From Novosphingobium sp. (GTDB taxonomy: Bacteria > Pseudomonadota > Alphaproteobacteria > Sphingomonadales > Sphingomonadaceae), in contig NZ_OZ245852.1 in NCBI RefSeq assembly GCF_965228995.1, forward strand, positions 2,205,493 through 2,269,492: 64,000 bases of DNA, written 5' to 3'. The translations under genes were made by a program, and so were the position numbers. The notes beneath the pieces were generated by a model. That model made no database searches. It had not been told where the DNA came from and saw only the letters and a program-made list of their open reading frames with translations. Shown piece by piece: positions 34,664-43,898 of the stretch (positions within the stretch are counted from its first letter, which is position 1; the number at the start of each line of letters is the position of its first letter).

Positions 34664-35695
34664 ATGTCAGTCGGGATCCGCAGTTTGACAATGATGGCTG
34701 CATTTACACTTACCGCCGCGGCGCTGCCGGCAGTTGCGCAGGAGCCCGATACGGCACCTACCGACGCTGCCTCCCTTGGCCTGACCGAATTGACCGACGA
34801 CCTGTCCCGGCAGGAGCTCTTTGGAGAGATCCAGGCAGTGGACCGCCTGAGCGGTAATGTCGCGCGTGCCGATGCGGCGATCCAGAGCTTCAACCTCAAC
34901 GGCCCGTTCCGCTTCCCGGGCGATACCAAGTATGATTCGATGCTTGGTCAACCGCGCGTCAATTCGTTCTTCGGCGTGGATATCAGCCACTATACGAGCG
35001 CGTCCTTCCCGATCGAGCTCCTCAAGGCCCGCAATGTGCGGTTCCTGTACATGAAGGCAACTCAGGGCGCTGAGGGGCTTGATGGCAAGTTTGCCGGCTT
35101 CTGGAAGCGCACGGGTGCGCTGCCTGCGGGCAAGCAGGTCCATCGCGGCGCCTATCACTTTCTGTCCGCCTGCGAACACGGTGACTGCCATAGCGACCCC
35201 GTGAAATGGGGGAAACGGCAGGCTGACACCTTCATCAAGGTGGTCATGGCCAATGGCGGGCTCCTGCCGACGGACATGCCGCCAGTCGTCGACCTCGAAT
35301 GGGACAAGGCAAGCGCCAACGCGCCAGACCGCTGGGCCAGCCGTACTCCGCAGGAGATCGTGAAGGTCGTCGATGCATTCCTGATTGAAGTGAAGGAACA
35401 GCTCCACCGGACACCGATGATTTATACGGCGAATGCGTGGTGGAGCGGGCAGATGAAGAGCACGCCATTTTCGGCCACGATGAAAGCGTCGCCAATCTGG
35501 CTTGCGGACTATTCCAAATCCTCGCGGGCCAGCGAAAACCCTCGCTCGATTGGAACGGCCAAATGGGCGTTGTGGCAGTTCACCGAAAAGGGAGTGATGG
35601 CGACCGGTTTTACTGATGGCTTCGATGCGAATATCTACAAGGGATCGCTGCCCGCCCTCTATCAGACGCTTGGCGTGCGGGAGTTCGCACAATGA
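34664..35695 (+). CDS. secreted GH25-family muramidase (lysozyme)
   Basis: Signal peptide MSVGIRSLTMMAAFTLTAAALPAVAQ. GH25 motifs: FGVDISHYTS...FLYMKATQGAEGLDGKF...GAYHF...VVDLEWD...WALWQFTEKG...FDANIYKGS. RBS AAGGGAG upstream. The ORF track starts earlier, at 34619. Confidence 0.8.
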   Translation: MSVGIRSLTMMAAFTLTAAALPAVAQEPDTAPTDAASLGLTELTDDLSRQELFGEIQAVDRLSGNVARADAAIQSFNLNGPFRFPGDTKYDSMLGQPRVNSFFGVDISHYTSASFPIELLKARNVRFLYMKATQGAEGLDGKFAGFWKRTGALPAGKQVHRGAYHFLSACEHGDCHSDPVKWGKRQADTFIKVVMANGGLLPTDMPPVVDLEWDKASANAPDRWASRTPQEIVKVVDAFLIEVKEQLHRTPMIYTANAWWSGQMKSTPFSATMKASPIWLADYSKSSRASENPRSIGTAKWALWQFTEKGVMATGFTDGFDANIYKGSLPALYQTLGVREFAQ

Positions 35696-37794
35696 CGCCA
35701 GGCATGAGGCGGCTGTGGTGCATAGTCTCACCGGTGCTTGGGCTGTGCCTGGCGCTGCTCGCTCCGGCTGCCGCCCATGCGCAGCCGGTGCCACCGGCTT
35801 ATAGCGGCACCTGCCCCAACGGCGCGCCCGCGCGAGAGGAGCGTTATTGCCGGTTCATCGTGCATTACGACAACAGCGATCGGCCGCTACCCACCGAAGT
35901 TGGTGATTTCCTTGGCGTGACCCATTCCTCGGATACGCGAACGATCGGCTTCGTCATTGCCGTCGACGAATATCCGGGCCTGCCCGGCCACGACATTTCC
36001 GCAGCCAAAGTGGACGCGGCGAACCTGCAGGCGTTCTTGATGAGCCAGCAGTTCGACGAGATCATCATGCTGCGGAACGCCGACGCCTCCATCGACAATA
36101 TCAATTACTTTCTGACTGACTATCTGGTCAATCACGGCAACGACTATCGCGGGCCCGATGGAGATCAGCCGAAAGCCCGGCTGTTGATCGCCTATAGCGG
36201 GCATGGCCGCGCGCAGACTCCGGACGTGGACGCCGCCTTCATTCTCAATGCTGCGACCGATCCCAACGGTTCGAGCGGCGTGTACAAGATGACCGATTTT
36301 ACCGGCAATGTTTCGCACCTTGCCTCGCATTACTTCCATGTGCTGACGCTTGTGAATGCCTGCTTCGGGGGCAATCTTTTCGTCAATGGCAACCCCGGCG
36401 CAGCGGCCACACCCACCGGGCAGGGCTCCTTCATGATCACTGCCGGTTCGCCCAAGAACGAGGTGCAGGCACTGATTCCGGAGCGCGGCAGCCTGTTTTT
36501 TGATCTCGTGATCAACGGCGTGCTCAACGGCGATGCAGATAAGACGAGCGCGAGCTATTACCTTACGGACGGCAATACGACGACAAAGTCCCGGGAAATC
36601 CTGACGCTCAGCCTGCCCTTGTACAATTACCTGTCGGGTGCGTTCTTCAAGATCAACGCGGTCCAGAAGCATTCTGATCCCGGCTTCCGGTCATTGAGTC
36701 CGCCATTTTTTGGTCCCGTGCAGTCCGGCATGGCGCAGGGGGGCTTCTTCTTTGTAAGCACGGCGCCTGAACAACTTGCCGACAGTATGGGGCCATACCT
36801 CATACCGCTCGCACCGGGCGCGGTGGTCGAGACGGCCGGTATCACGCCGCAGCCCGTGTTTGCGCACCTGACGCACACCGCAAGCCCGCACCTGACGCAC
36901 ACTGCGAGCGCGCATCTGGCGAGCCCGGTAGTCATGCCGGCGCAGGCCATTTCGCATATCGAAGCTGCCGAGGTTGCGGCCCCGCCGCCGGTCAAGCCAG
37001 CACAACCTGAAGCAAAGCAGCTGCCCTTCGGCCCGATCAGCAGCATCAAGGGCCATCCCGACATCAAGATCTTCAAGCTGCCGGCCATCTACCCGATCAA
37101 GGGATATGACTTTTCCTCGGCGGACGGCAAAATCGACTGGGGCAAGTTCAAATCGAGCGCATTGCCCCGGTTCGTCTATCTGCGGGCCCTGGGCTGGGCA
37201 GGGCACGATCCGCGTTTCACTGCGAACTGGGCCAGCTCCGCCACAATTCCCGTCGACCGCGGCGTCTATCTGAAGTTCAACTTCTGCCAGACGGTAGCCG
37301 AGCAAGTCAGCCAACTGCGCCAATTGGCGCCGCCAGTTCCAAGCCTCCTGCCTGTCGGCATCGAACTTGTGACGCCGAGCGCCGATCAGGCCCGCGGCAC
37401 TGAACAACTAGCCTGCTATCAGAAACTGGGCGCAACGCATGTGGCGGCACTGGCCGAAGCACAGAAGCGGATTCTCGATCTGGCGGCATCGATCGAGACA
37501 CAATGGGGCAAAGTCCCCATCCTGTTCGGCAACAGCTACAATCTCTCAGTCCTGACCGATGCCCGTTCGGACCGCTATATGATCTGGCTGAATGCCTATG
37601 GCGATCCGGGCAAAATCGGCGAGAGAATGAAACTGCAAGGGCGCAACCCTTGGACAATGTGGCAATATTCAGGGACGCTCGATGTTGCCGGTGTGGGCTC
37701 CAGGACGACCGGCGAGGTCTTCTTTGGCACGCCTCAGCAATACGACGCATTTCGCAGCGGAAGTCACAACGTGGCGCTGAAGGCGGTTCAGTGA
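35692..37794 (+). CDS. secreted fusion protein: caspase-like peptidase C14 domain plus C-terminal GH25-like domain
   Basis: Signal peptide, then a caspase fold with an intact His-Cys dyad (RTIGFVIAVDEY...ARLLIAYSGHG...HVLTLVNACFGGN). A Pro/Ala linker carries an HLTHTAS tandem repeat. The C-terminal about 260 aa align to the GH25 protein next door (IKGYDFSSADGKIDWGKFK..RFVYLRALGWAGHDPRF..RGVYLKFNF...WTMWQYSGTLDVAG). The start overlaps the previous stop (ATGA). Confidence 0.7.
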   Translation: MTPGMRRLWCIVSPVLGLCLALLAPAAAHAQPVPPAYSGTCPNGAPAREERYCRFIVHYDNSDRPLPTEVGDFLGVTHSSDTRTIGFVIAVDEYPGLPGHDISAAKVDAANLQAFLMSQQFDEIIMLRNADASIDNINYFLTDYLVNHGNDYRGPDGDQPKARLLIAYSGHGRAQTPDVDAAFILNAATDPNGSSGVYKMTDFTGNVSHLASHYFHVLTLVNACFGGNLFVNGNPGAAATPTGQGSFMITAGSPKNEVQALIPERGSLFFDLVINGVLNGDADKTSASYYLTDGNTTTKSREILTLSLPLYNYLSGAFFKINAVQKHSDPGFRSLSPPFFGPVQSGMAQGGFFFVSTAPEQLADSMGPYLIPLAPGAVVETAGITPQPVFAHLTHTASPHLTHTASAHLASPVVMPAQAISHIEAAEVAAPPPVKPAQPEAKQLPFGPISSIKGHPDIKIFKLPAIYPIKGYDFSSADGKIDWGKFKSSALPRFVYLRALGWAGHDPRFTANWASSATIPVDRGVYLKFNFCQTVAEQVSQLRQLAPPVPSLLPVGIELVTPSADQARGTEQLACYQKLGATHVAALAEAQKRILDLAASIETQWGKVPILFGNSYNLSVLTDARSDRYMIWLNAYGDPGKIGERMKLQGRNPWTMWQYSGTLDVAGVGSRTTGEVFFGTPQQYDAFRSGSHNVALKAVQ

Positions 37795-37865
37795 TCAAGT
37801 TTGGCGGGGCGATCGATCACGCCATATCCAGCGTGCTCTTGACGGCAGTAAGGATTGCCGAGACC

Positions 37866-37894
37866 GCCAATGGCGCGGCAACTGCGCCATTGGC
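37866..37894 (+). other. perfect 11-bp inverted repeat hairpin GCCAATGGCGC-ggcaact-GCGCCATTGGC
   Basis: Located 70 nt after the stop of the fusion gene. No T-tract follows. Confidence 0.4.
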
Positions 37895-37990
37895 AGCGGC
37901 CTAGCAATTTGCACAAGTGGACTAGCTCGGGCTTGTGGAGGAGTTTGCTTCCCAAGGCGCCTCCTGAGTGCCGAATGAGGAAGCTTCGCA

Positions 37991-38770
37991 ATGCCTTACC
38001 AGCCCTTCGACCTTGGCGGGAAAGTAGCGCTCGTGACCGGAGTGAACGGCGGCATCGGCCTCGGCATGGCGGAGGCGCTTGCGCAGGCGGGGGCGTCCGT
38101 GATCATATGGGGAACCAACCCGGCGAAGAATGCTGCTGCCATGAGCAGGCTGGAGGCGGCCGGGCAGCGCATTGCCAGCGAGATCGTGGACGTTTCGGAC
38201 GAGCATGCGGTGCGCGCAGCCATGGAAAAGGCCGTCGCCGAATTTGGCCGGGTTGATACGGTGATTGCCAATGCCGGGGTTGGCGGTGGTTCTTTGTTTG
38301 CCGAGTTTCCGACCGAGCAATGGCGCAAGGTCATGGCGGTCAATCTCGACGGCGTATTCTTCACATTGCGCGAGGCATGCAAGCACATGCAGGCGCGCGC
38401 CGAAGCGGGCGATCCGGGCGGGTCGCTGATCGCGATCTCGTCGACCTCGGCCATTCACGGCGCGGCGCGCAATCAGGCCTATGGCGCGGCCAAGGGGGCA
38501 CTGTGTTCGCTGGTCCGTGCGACAGCGGTCGAGTTTGCTCGCTACGGCGTGCGCGCCAACGCGGTTCTTCCGGGCTGGACGGTGAGCGAAATGACCGAGG
38601 CCGCGCAAGCGAACGAGAAGTTCAACCGGCAAGTGATTTCCCGCGTGCCGTTCAGGCAGTGGATCGAGCCTGAGGATTTCGGCGGGATTGCGGTCTACCT
38701 CGCCTCCGATGCATCGCGGTTCCACACCGGAGACAGCTTGGTGCTCGATGGCGGGTACACGATTTTCTGA
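37991..38770 (+). CDS. short-chain dehydrogenase/reductase (SDR), full length
   Basis: GKVALVTGVNGGIGLG Rossmann motif, NAG motif (VIANAGVGGG) and S...YxxxK (SSTSAIHGAARNQAYGAAKGA). Confidence 0.9.
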   Translation: MPYQPFDLGGKVALVTGVNGGIGLGMAEALAQAGASVIIWGTNPAKNAAAMSRLEAAGQRIASEIVDVSDEHAVRAAMEKAVAEFGRVDTVIANAGVGGGSLFAEFPTEQWRKVMAVNLDGVFFTLREACKHMQARAEAGDPGGSLIAISSTSAIHGAARNQAYGAAKGALCSLVRATAVEFARYGVRANAVLPGWTVSEMTEAAQANEKFNRQVISRVPFRQWIEPEDFGGIAVYLASDASRFHTGDSLVLDGGYTIF

Positions 38771-38789
38771 CCGTGCTGGAGCTGCCCAA

Positions 38790-39638
38790 ATGGAAGATGC
38801 GTCCTCGTCGTTGGTGCTGAGCGACACGCCGCGAGCCGGCATCCGCCGGTTGACGCTCAACCGTCCGGAGAAGCGCAACGCGCTTTCTAATGCGCTGAGG
38901 ATGGAGCTGTTCGCGGCGCTCGAGGATGCGGACAGGGACGCCGACGTTCGGGTGATCGTCTTGCGCGGGGCCGGTTCATGCTTTTCTGCCGGCTATGACC
39001 TTTCGCCGGAGGCCGGCCGCCAGCCGCCGCCCTATCATACCGCAGGCGGCGCGGGTTTCTGGCCGCGGCACGTCGTTGAAGGGGTGTTCCGGATCTGGGA
39101 TCTGGCAAAGCCTGTCATCGCGCAAGTTCACGGATGGTGCCTCGCCGGGGCGACGGAACTCGCGACGGCCTGCGACCTCGTTTACCTGAGCGAAGATGCC
39201 CAGATCGGCTACCCGCCGGTGCGCGGAATGAGCCCGCCCGATACCCAGTTCCATCCGTGGCTGTGCGGCTTCCGCTCCGCAATGGAGCAGATGCTGACCG
39301 GTGATGCGCTCTCTGCCCAGGAAGCGGTGCGCGTGGGCTTCGCCAACCGGGCGTTTCCGGCCGAAGACCTTGAAAGCGAAGTCCTCAAGATCGCTGAGCG
39401 GGTCGCGAAGATCCCTCCCGAGGTCCAGCAGATCAACAAGCGATCGGTGCACCGGGCGATGGAAGCGATGGGGCTGCGGTCCGCCATCCGGGCGGGCACG
39501 GAAATGCAGGCTCTGGCGATGACCACGGAGGCCTCCCGGCAGACCTTCGCCGGCTTCCGCGCCGGAGACGTGCGCGGGGCGCTTGATGCTCGCGACGGGT
39601 CATTCGGCGATTACCGCACGTCAGGATCGGATAAATAA
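38790..39638 (+). CDS. enoyl-CoA hydratase/isomerase (crotonase) family protein
   Basis: IRRLTLNRPEKRNALSNALRMELFAALEDADRDADVRVIVLRGAGSCFSAGYDL is the crotonase oxyanion-hole region. The ORF opens at 38688, inside the SDR; ATG 38790 is the likely start. Confidence 0.85.
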   Translation: MEDASSSLVLSDTPRAGIRRLTLNRPEKRNALSNALRMELFAALEDADRDADVRVIVLRGAGSCFSAGYDLSPEAGRQPPPYHTAGGAGFWPRHVVEGVFRIWDLAKPVIAQVHGWCLAGATELATACDLVYLSEDAQIGYPPVRGMSPPDTQFHPWLCGFRSAMEQMLTGDALSAQEAVRVGFANRAFPAEDLESEVLKIAERVAKIPPEVQQINKRSVHRAMEAMGLRSAIRAGTEMQALAMTTEASRQTFAGFRAGDVRGALDARDGSFGDYRTSGSDK

Positions 39639-39797
39639 TCCAGCCTCAGGTTGGCCAATCGCCGCTCTGCACCCCGGCTAAATGAGGGCCTGTGATCCGC
39701 ATTTTGGCTAGTCTGAGAGTGCCCGCATGGGGCGTAAGGTTCGGCAGGCATCTCGTGTGCCTTGGGGCACCTGACGTGCTCCCCTGATTGTTACCAG

Positions 39798-40696
39798 TCA
39801 GAGGTAGAGTCTCGCTCCTTCATGATGGGTGTTTGAGGGGATGGCAACGTGTCTGGGGGCATGCCCCCAGACACGTTGGCCGGCGATCTCGGCGGGGGTC
39901 TTCCCGCCCAGTTTGGAGTGTGGCCTGACCGTATTGTAATCGTGCCGCCAGGCAGCGAGCACGAACCGGGCATGAGCTAGCGAGGTAAACAGCGTCTCGT
40001 TGAGACATTCGTCGCGCAGGCGCCCGTTGAAGCTCTCGACGAAGCCGTTCTGCATCGGCTTGCCCGGCGCGATGTAGTGCCACTCGACCCGGCGCTCCTG
40101 CGACCAGCGCAGGATGGCCGACGAGGTCAGCTCGGTGCCATTGTCGCTGACCACCGTATGCGGCTTCCCCCGGATGCCCATCAGGCCGGTCAGTTCCCGG
40201 GCCACCCGTGCACCCGACAGTGATGTATCGGCCACCAGCGCCAGGCACTCGCGTGTGTAGTCATCGACCACGCACAGGATGCGGAAGCGCCGACCGCAGA
40301 TCAGGCTGTCAGAGACGAAGTCGAGCGACCAGCGCTGGTTCGGGCCATCGGGCAACACCATTGGCCTGCGTGTGCCCAGAGCGCGCTTGCGCCCGCCACG
40401 ACGGCGCACGCGCAGCCCTTCCTCCCGGTAGATGCGCAGCAGCTTCTTGTGATTGGGTGCGATGCCCTCCCGCGCCAGCAGATAGCCCAGGCGGCGATAG
40501 CCGAACCGGCGACGCTCCGCCGCCAGCTCGCGCAACCGTTGCCGCAGCGTGCCGTCATCCGGCCGTGTCGGCTCGTAACGGATCACCCTGCGGCTCACGC
40601 CAACCAATGCACACGCCCGACGCTCGCTCACCCCGTGATGCTCCCGGGCATGGGCGACGGCTTCCCGCTTGGCGCCGGGCGTTACCATTTTTTTGA
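39798..40696 (-). CDS. IS3-family transposase OrfB (integrase core, DDE), made as an OrfAB fusion by -1 frameshift
   Basis: rve-type catalytic core (...[23 protein letters not shown]...[42 protein letters not shown]). The frame is entered at the AAAAAAA site near 40690. Confidence 0.85.
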
Positions 40697-40948
40697 TGCC
40701 AGATCCTTCAACACGGCATTGTCGAGCATCGCCTCGGCCAAGAGCTTCTTCAGCCGGGAGTTCTCCTCCTCGAGCGTTCGCAACCGCCGGGCCTCGGACA
40801 CCTCCAGCCCGCCGAACTTCGACTTCCACTTGTAGAACGTCGCCGAGCTGATCCCGTGGCGGCGGCAAACCTCCGCCGTCGGCAATCCGCCCTCCTGCTC
40901 CTTCAAGATCGCTATGATCTGCTCTTCGTTGAACCTGCTTCGCTTCAT
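40682..40948 (-). CDS. IS3-family transposase OrfA (HTH)
   Basis: [63 protein letters not shown] is the IS3/IS911 OrfA signature. It ends ...AAAAAAATGGTAA, the slippery site. Confidence 0.85.
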   Translation of the reverse strand: MKRSRFNEEQIIAILKEQEGGLPTAEVCRRHGISSATFYKWKSKFGGLEVSEARRLRTLEEENSRLKKLLAEAMLDNAVLKDLASKKW

Positions 40949-41042
40949 ATCGTCCGACTCCTTGCGCCAGACTCTACCAAAAAGCGGTCACATTTCAGGG
41001 GAGCACGTCACACCCGAGCCCCCTTGATCAAGGAGTGATCGC

Positions 41043-41603
41043 ATGACCCGGTCCTACCCGCTGTTCCAATACGCCTACTTCGTGAAAAGCATCGACGCGG
41101 CGGCCGAAAAGTGGGCGAGGGCGTTCGGCGCCGGGCCTTTCTTCATGGCGCGCCATCACCGCTGCGAGGACTTCACCTATCGCGGCACCGCGGTCGAGGC
41201 TGACGTTTCCTATGCCTTCGGCTATCTTGGCGACACGATGATCCAGTTCATCGAGCAGCATGACGACCAGCCTTCGATCTACCGCGACATGTACAAGGAC
41301 GGCGAGGAAGGCTTCCACCACATCGCCTATCTCGTCTCCGACTTCGCCGCAGAACGCCAGCGCTGGCTCGACATGGGCTACGCTCTTGCGACCGAGCTCT
41401 ATGCCGATGAGGTGAACGCCGCTTACTTCGATACCCGCGCGTTGAACGGTGGTTTCACCGAAATCCACGGGGATCCGCCCCACATCATGGGCATGTTCGG
41501 CGTGTGGAAGCGCGCGCATGAAGCCCGCCATGCCGGGACTCCGCCGACGATCGAGACAACGGACATCAAGACCTATCAGCGCGCGCCGCTACTGCCGAAA
41601 TAA
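41043..41603 (+). CDS. VOC-family (glyoxalase/bleomycin-resistance/dioxygenase fold) protein
   Basis: 186 aa with paired beta-alpha-beta-beta-beta modules and HH and E metal ligands (FHHIAYLV..., FTEIHGD). AAGGAG RBS. The IS element's right end lies about 30 bp upstream. Confidence 0.7.
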   Translation: MTRSYPLFQYAYFVKSIDAAAEKWARAFGAGPFFMARHHRCEDFTYRGTAVEADVSYAFGYLGDTMIQFIEQHDDQPSIYRDMYKDGEEGFHHIAYLVSDFAAERQRWLDMGYALATELYADEVNAAYFDTRALNGGFTEIHGDPPHIMGMFGVWKRAHEARHAGTPPTIETTDIKTYQRAPLLPK

Positions 41604-41738
41604 GCTGTCGGCCATGGCAGGGAAGGATGCCGCTTTTCTGGCACGCTGACGGCGGGATGCGGGGATGGGTGGACTGTGGGCAGTCTGCTTGCCATTGATG
41701 CATATCTTCGCCGTGTGTGCCGGAGCGCTGGATTGCCA

Positions 41739-42815
41739 ATGAACCGCCTTCTTTCGCTGCTAGGGGTCCGCCTGCCGTTGATCCAGGCACCAATGGCCGG
41801 GGTATCGTCCCCGGAGATGGCCGCGGCCGTCTGCGAGGCAGGGGCCCTTGGCTCGCTTGCCGTGGGCGCGGGCGATGCCGATGCGGCGCGCGTACTGATT
41901 GCCTCGGTGCGGGCACGCACGGCCCGGCCCTTCAACGTAAACCTGTTCTGCCACGCGCCGGCAGTGGCCGATCCGGCAAGGGAAGCGGCGTGGATCAAGC
42001 GGTTTGCCCCGTTGTTCGAGGGCTGGGGGGCATCCCCGCCGCAGGCGCTGCGCGAAATCTACCGCAGCTTTCTTGCCGATGACGCGATGCTGCGCCTGCT
42101 GCTGGACGAGCGGCCAGCGGTGGTGAGCTTTCACTTCGGCTTGCCCTCGGCAGAAATCATCGCAGCGCTCCGCGGCGCGGGCATCGTTTTGCTGGCCACG
42201 GCGACCAGTCTGGCAGAAGCGCAAGCCGTCGCAGCTGCGGGTATCGACGCGGTGGTCGCGCAAGGTTGGGAAGCCGGCGGTCATCGCGGCGTGTTCGATG
42301 CGGACGCGCCGGATGAAAAGCTCGGGACCATGGCGCTCGTTCGCCTGATCACCGCAACCATCGACAAGCCGGTTATCGCCGCTGGTGGCATCATGGACGG
42401 GCAAGGCATCGCCGCCGCGCTGGCGCTTGGCGCTTCAGCCGCGCAGCTCGGCACCGCCTTTCTTGCCATCGACGAAAGCCTTGCCGATGCAGGCTACCGC
42501 GCCGTGCTGGCCGAGAGCGGAGGTCGGCACACCTTGATGACCCGGGTGGTCTCAGGACGCCCCGCGCGGATCCTGCCCAATCGCATTGCGGCGCTGGATG
42601 GCAGCTACGCTCCTGCCGAGGTTCCCGCTTATCCCATCGCCTACGATCTCGGCAAAGCCTTGAATGCTGCGGCCAAGGCGCGCGGGGAGCATGGCTATGG
42701 CGCGCATTGGGCGGGCCAGGGCGCGCCTTTGGTGCGGACCATGTCGGCAGGCGAACTGGTCCGCACGCTGGAAGCCGAACTCGGGCAAGCGATGCCGGAA
42801 AGGGATGAGGCATGA
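41739..42815 (+). CDS. nitronate monooxygenase (NMO, 2-nitropropane dioxygenase-like FMN enzyme)
   Basis: LPLIQAPMAGVSSPEMAAAVCEAGALGSL... and GADAVVAQGWEAGGHRG are NMO hallmarks. The ORF opens at 41676; MNRLLS at 41739 is the likely start. Confidence 0.85.
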   Translation: MNRLLSLLGVRLPLIQAPMAGVSSPEMAAAVCEAGALGSLAVGAGDADAARVLIASVRARTARPFNVNLFCHAPAVADPAREAAWIKRFAPLFEGWGASPPQALREIYRSFLADDAMLRLLLDERPAVVSFHFGLPSAEIIAALRGAGIVLLATATSLAEAQAVAAAGIDAVVAQGWEAGGHRGVFDADAPDEKLGTMALVRLITATIDKPVIAAGGIMDGQGIAAALALGASAAQLGTAFLAIDESLADAGYRAVLAESGGRHTLMTRVVSGRPARILPNRIAALDGSYAPAEVPAYPIAYDLGKALNAAAKARGEHGYGAHWAGQGAPLVRTMSAGELVRTLEAELGQAMPERDEA

Positions 42816-43300
42816 TCACCTTTGAAACGGCACTGGCAGAGCTCGGCCCGGTCAGGACGCAGCCGCTGTTCGTCATGCAAGTCGGCGTGGAGCGCAGCCA
42901 TGCCCTTGGCGCGCCGGGCGGGGCGGACCAGCGCGTGGGCGACATGGTGGCAGGCCGCTTTGCAGGTGAGCGGCTGGCGGGCGCGGTGCTGCCGGGGGGC
43001 TCTGACTGGCAGACCATCCGCGCGGATGGCACCGTCCTGCTCGATGCGCGGGTTGTCCTGCGCACCGACGATGGCGCGGCGATCGGCATGACCTACGAGG
43101 GCATCCGCACCGGCCCTGCCGATGTGCTGGCCAGTCTGGCCCGGGGCGAACCGGTCGATCCGCAGGCCTATTACTTCCGCACCACCGCGCGGTTCACGAC
43201 CTCGGCGGCGCAGTACGACTGGCTCAACCGCGTGATCGCGATCGGTATCGGCTACCGCCTGCCGACCGGGCCGCTCTACAGCCTTCACGAAATCCTTTGA
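42812..43300 (+). CDS. DUF3237-like small beta-barrel protein
   Basis: 162 aa whose size and pattern (..YEGIRTG..YYFRTTARFTTS..) resemble DUF3237. It overlaps the NMO stop by 4 bp. This is tentative. Confidence 0.45.
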   Translation: MITFETALAELGPVRTQPLFVMQVGVERSHALGAPGGADQRVGDMVAGRFAGERLAGAVLPGGSDWQTIRADGTVLLDARVVLRTDDGAAIGMTYEGIRTGPADVLASLARGEPVDPQAYYFRTTARFTTSAAQYDWLNRVIAIGIGYRLPTGPLYSLHEIL

Positions 43301-43372
43301 GCGTCACAGCTTGATAGCGGCCTGCGCAACTGCCTCCGGCGCTTCCCGGGGAAAGTTGTGGCCGATCCCGCC

Positions 43373-43828
43373 TCAATCATCCACCGGCCGGTTGACGCGG
43401 GTTATCACCACTGCGGCGAGCGCAAGCAGCAGGATCGCGCTGGCTTCGAACACGATGTTCTCCGGCGCCATGTTCTTGCTTTGCAGCACGATCAGACGCG
43501 CGAGTGCGGTGATCGCGATGAAGATGGGATAGATGAAGGTCGCGCCCTTGCCGGTGTAGAACACGCTGACCATGCCGATCACTTCGGTATAGAGAAACAT
43601 CAGCAGGATATCGGCCAGCGTGATCGACCGCGTCTGGAAGATGTCGATGATTTCCGCGATCGCGCCGCCTACTGTCATCAGCGCGACGAGCAGGAGCAGG
43701 ATCCGTTCGACCATGTGAAAGCCGGTCGTGGCGATGGCGCTTTCAGTCCTGCCGACAGGCGGACGGTAATCGCTTTCGGCGGGCAGATTGCCTTCAGCTG
43801 GCGGTTCGGGAGTGGACGGCTGCTCCAT
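43373..43828 (-). CDS. psiE: phosphate-starvation-inducible PsiE-family membrane protein
   Basis: Four-TM small protein with the PsiE-like core (ERILLLLVALMTVGGAIAEIIDIF...LMFLYTEVIGMVSVFY). The ORF opens at 43936; MEQPST at 43828 is likely. Confidence 0.65.
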   Translation of the reverse strand: MEQPSTPEPPAEGNLPAESDYRPPVGRTESAIATTGFHMVERILLLLVALMTVGGAIAEIIDIFQTRSITLADILLMFLYTEVIGMVSVFYTGKGATFIYPIFIAITALARLIVLQSKNMAPENIVFEASAILLLALAAVVITRVNRPVDD

Positions 43829-43898
43829 GGTCAGCGGGACTATACCACAGCCGGCAGGCAACGGTGAAACGGAACCCACCCTGCGGTGCTGCAGAAAT

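Larger units (their letters stand above)
39772..41010. mobile_element. IS3-family (IS407-like) insertion sequence, about 1.24 kb
   Basis: Terminal inverted repeats TGACGTGCTCCCCTGA...GGTAGAGTC at both ends (left at 39772, right ending about 41009/41010). A 4-bp direct duplication CACC flanks both sides. It contains orfA and orfB with an A7 slippery site. Confidence 0.9.
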
